The position numbers were made by a program, and so were the translations under genes. The notes beneath the pieces are model-generated. The model saw only the letters and a program-made list of their open reading frames with translations, searched no databases and had not been told where the DNA came from. Below, in pieces: positions 61,386 to 64,000 of a DNA stretch of 64,000 nt (within the stretch, counting starts at the first letter, position 1; every line of letters begins with the position of its first letter). This stretch comes from Dehalococcoidia bacterium (GTDB lineage: Bacteria > Chloroflexota > Dehalococcoidia > UBA2979): NCBI GenBank assembly GCA_965219085.1, contig OZ244720.1, positions 1,408,001 to 1,472,000 of the forward strand, written 5' to 3'.

Positions 61386-62336
61386 GTGCTGCAGCCGGTG
61401 ACCGTCGCCAGGAACCTCGCCGACCTTGTCGGCGGGACCCCGCTGGTCGACATCTCCGTGCTGTCGCCCAGGCCCGAGGTGCAGATCTACGCGAAGCTGG
61501 AGGGGGCGAACCCCACCGGCTCCGTCAAGGACCGCATCGCCCGCTTCATGGTCGACGCCGCCGAGCGCGACGGCCGGCTCGAGCCGGGCCAGACGATCCT
61601 CGAACCGACCTCCGGCAACACCGGCATCGCGCTGGCGCTGCTGGGCAGCGTGCGCGGCTACCCCGTCAAGGTGGTGATGCCGGACGCGGTCACACGCGAG
61701 CGCGTCGAGCTACTCGAGGCGTTTGGGGCTGAGATCATCTACTCGCCCGGCGACCTCGGCACGAACGGCTCGGTGCAGATGGCCGAGCGCGTGGCCGCCG
61801 AGCACCCCGAGTGGTTCATGCCCTACCAGTACGAGAACGAGGAGAACCCGCGCGCCCACTACGAGTCGACGGCGCCGGAGATCATCGCCGACATGCCGGA
61901 CGTGGACCTGTTCGTCGCCGGGCTCGGCACGGGCGGGACGCTCACCGGCGTGGGGCGGCGGCTCAAGGAGCACAACCCGGCGGTACGCATCGTGGCCGCG
62001 GCGCCGCACCCGGGCGACCTGGTGCAGGGGCTGCGTAGCCTCGACGAGGGCTACATCCCGCCGGTGTTCGACGAGTCCGTGCTCGACGGGCGCATCGTCG
62101 TGGACTCGGCGACCTCGTTCAGGCTGACGCGTGAACTGACGGCGAAGGCGGGTGTCTTCGCCGGCGTATCGAGCGGGTCCGTGGTGCGCGCGGCGCAGAT
62201 CGCGGCGCAACGCATGACCTCGGGCAAGATCGTGTGCCTCCTCGCGGATAGCGGGTGGAAGTACCTCTCGTCCGGGCTGTGGACGCACACCTACGAGGAG
62301 ATCGAGGAGGACGTCGCCACCGTGCTGTGGTGGTAG
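61386..62336 (+). CDS. cysM: Cysteine synthase, CysO-dependent mycobacterial CysM-like
   Basis: KLEGANPTGSVKDR, ILEPTSGNTGIALA, YQYENEEN, FVAGLGTGGTL, QGLRSLDEG, ADSGWKYLS, C-terminal LWW. Confidence 0.88.
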   Translation: MLQPVTVARNLADLVGGTPLVDISVLSPRPEVQIYAKLEGANPTGSVKDRIARFMVDAAERDGRLEPGQTILEPTSGNTGIALALLGSVRGYPVKVVMPDAVTRERVELLEAFGAEIIYSPGDLGTNGSVQMAERVAAEHPEWFMPYQYENEENPRAHYESTAPEIIADMPDVDLFVAGLGTGGTLTGVGRRLKEHNPAVRIVAAAPHPGDLVQGLRSLDEGYIPPVFDESVLDGRIVVDSATSFRLTRELTAKAGVFAGVSSGSVVRAAQIAAQRMTSGKIVCLLADSGWKYLSSGLWTHTYEEIEEDVATVLWW

Positions 62337-62997
62337 CCATGCGGTGGGAGCGCTCCTCGCGAGCAAGGTGCTGACAGCGACGTGACGAGTGGGGACTACG
62401 GCCTGGCGGAGCTGCAGGCTCGCTCGGAGGAGTTGTCGTGAGGCCGACCGATCAGACGCACCGCCAGCCGATTCGGGACCGGAGGGAGTGGGAAATGGGA
62501 GCAACACACGTCACTGTGACCATCCGCAACCCGGCGGCGCCTGAGCGTACGTGGGAGGGGCTGTTCCTGGTGGACACCGGCGCCGCCGACTGCCTCGTGC
62601 CGCGTTCCGCGCTCGAAGGCATCGGACTGCAGCCGCGCGACAGCAGGACCTACGAACTCGCCGACGGCAGCGAGTTGCGGCTTGACGTCACGGTCGCGGA
62701 GGTTGAGTTCATGGGCGAGATAGTCGGCGCGACCGTCCTCTTCGGCGACGACGATGCTGAGCCGCTGCTCGGCTTGACAGCCCTGGAGTCCGTCGGTATT
62801 GAGGTCGACCCCCTCAACCAGCGGCTGAAGCGGCTGCCGGCCGTGAGGCTCAAGCGACTGTCTGGGGACCCTCCATCGTGACGACCGCGCCACCCGTCAT
62901 CGCCGGGAGGAGGCTGATCGAAAGTCTTCCTGTCCGGGCTAGTGACGCACACCTACGAGCAGATCGAGGAGGACGTCGCCACCGTGTGTGGTGGTAA
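62270..62997 (+). repeat. About 65-bp imperfect direct repeat of the cysM 3' end (62270-62336 and 62932-62997)
   Basis: GACGCACACCTACGAG(G/C)AGATCGAGGAGGACGTCGCCACCGTG(C/-)TGTGGTGGTA in both copies. Confidence 0.9.
62495..62881 (+). CDS. Clan AA (retropepsin-like) aspartic protease
   Basis: MG.THV.V.I.N, FLVDTGA, YELADGS, EPLLGLTALES.G..VDP. Confidence 0.88.
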   Translation: MGATHVTVTIRNPAAPERTWEGLFLVDTGAADCLVPRSALEGIGLQPRDSRTYELADGSELRLDVTVAEVEFMGEIVGATVLFGDDDAEPLLGLTALESVGIEVDPLNQRLKRLPAVRLKRLSGDPPS

Positions 62998-63065
62998 GTT
63001 TCCTCCCACGAACGAGCAGGCGACCGATGAAACGCCGGCCACGCCGGCAGGGAGGAACGAACGGC

Positions 63066-63890
63066 ATGGCGGACAAGCTGGTCACCACCGACTGGGTCGT
63101 GGAGCATGGCAACGACGACGGCGTACGGCTGGTGGAGGTCGACGTCGACACGGCGGCCTACGGCGAGGGCCACATCGCGGGCGCGGTCGGCTGGAACTGG
63201 ACGACCCAGCTCCAGGACCAGATGCGGCGCGACATCATCGCGAAGGACGACCTCGAGGCGCTGCTCGGCGCGTCGGGCATCGACAACGGCACGCGCATCG
63301 TCCTCTACGGCGACAACAACAACTGGTTCGCGGCCTACGCGCTGTGGGTGCTCGAGCTCTACGGCCACGACAACGCCGCACTCATGGACGGCGGCCGCGT
63401 CAAGTGGCTGGCCGAGGAGCGCGCCACCACGACCGACGACACCTCGGTCGCCGCAGCGAGCTACACGGCGCAGGACCCGAACCCGGCGCTGCGCGCCGAG
63501 CGCGACGAGGTGCTCGCGGCCGTCGGCGGCGAGGGCGCGCAGATGGTCGATGTGCGCAGCCCGGCCGAGTTCACGGGCGAGATCATCGCGCCTCCGGGGC
63601 TCCCGGAGACGGCGCAACGCGCCGGCCACATCCCCGGCGCGATCAACGTGCCGTGGGCGCGCGCCGTGAACGAGGACGGCACGTTCCGCCCCGTCGATGA
63701 GCTGCGCGACCTCTACGGCGGCGCGGGCGTCGACGAAGGTACGCCGACCATCGCGTACTGCCGCATCGGCGAGCGCTCCTCGCACACGTGGTTCGTGCTG
63801 CGGCACCTGCTCGGCATCGACGACGTCAAGAACTACGACGGCTCGTGGACGGAGTACGGCTCGCTGATCAACGTCCCGGTCGCGCGCTAG
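63066..63890 (+). CDS. Thiosulfate sulfurtransferase (tandem rhodanese, SseA/CysA-like)
   Basis: LVTTDW, LVEVD, Y.EGHIAGAV, LYGDNNNWFAAY, GHIPGA, YCRIGERSS, NYDGSWTEYG. Confidence 0.95.
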   Translation: MADKLVTTDWVVEHGNDDGVRLVEVDVDTAAYGEGHIAGAVGWNWTTQLQDQMRRDIIAKDDLEALLGASGIDNGTRIVLYGDNNNWFAAYALWVLELYGHDNAALMDGGRVKWLAEERATTTDDTSVAAASYTAQDPNPALRAERDEVLAAVGGEGAQMVDVRSPAEFTGEIIAPPGLPETAQRAGHIPGAINVPWARAVNEDGTFRPVDELRDLYGGAGVDEGTPTIAYCRIGERSSHTWFVLRHLLGIDDVKNYDGSWTEYGSLINVPVAR

Positions 63891-63930
63891 CGATGTCGGC
63901 GTCTCCGGGCGGGCCCGGCTCTTCCGGGAC

Positions 63931-63945
63931 GCGGGGATACCCCGC
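63931..63945. repeat. Single GCGGGGATACCCCGC palindrome after the rhodanese gene
   Basis: ACGCGGGGATACCCCGCAGG matches the reverse complement of the array unit. Confidence 0.8.
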
Positions 63946-64000
63946 AGGGGAGCCCTCGGAGGCCACTGCCACCCGGCGGCTCTTGCTCGCCCGAGCACTG

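Overview
High-GC bacterial chromosome segment that spans the probable replication origin. The order dnaA-obgE-nadD...gyrB, with no dnaN next to dnaA, suggests Chloroflexota/Dehalococcoidia (inference). The backbone is housekeeping: grpE-hrcA with a perfect CIRCE, rho, transaldolase, pyrG, purA, dapA/asd/dapB, pnp, rpsO, pepA, coaBC/coaX, gyrB, tatA, murT-gatD and lgt. It is interrupted by many one- or two-gene accessory inserts: a YwgA/Panacea-like protein plus SAMHD1-like HD dNTPase, a NYN nuclease, a Panacea plus RelE-like pair, three PIN modules, a Fic gene, an EndoVII nuclease, two TA loci with decayed toxins, an amber-inactivated IS5 and a 151-bp MITE. The right end (56.1-63.9 kb) is a sulfur-relay cluster with three ubiquitin-like MoaD/CysO domains (one fused to a MoeB/E1 enzyme), three PLP enzymes (ThrC-like, CysK, CysM), a NIL protein, an Rrf2 regulator and a rhodanese. 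The cluster contains an 11 x 25-bp palindromic tandem array, whose core also sits in-frame inside murT, and an aspartic-protease cassette flanked by a duplicated cysM 3' end. All calls come from reading motifs by eye; no searches were run.
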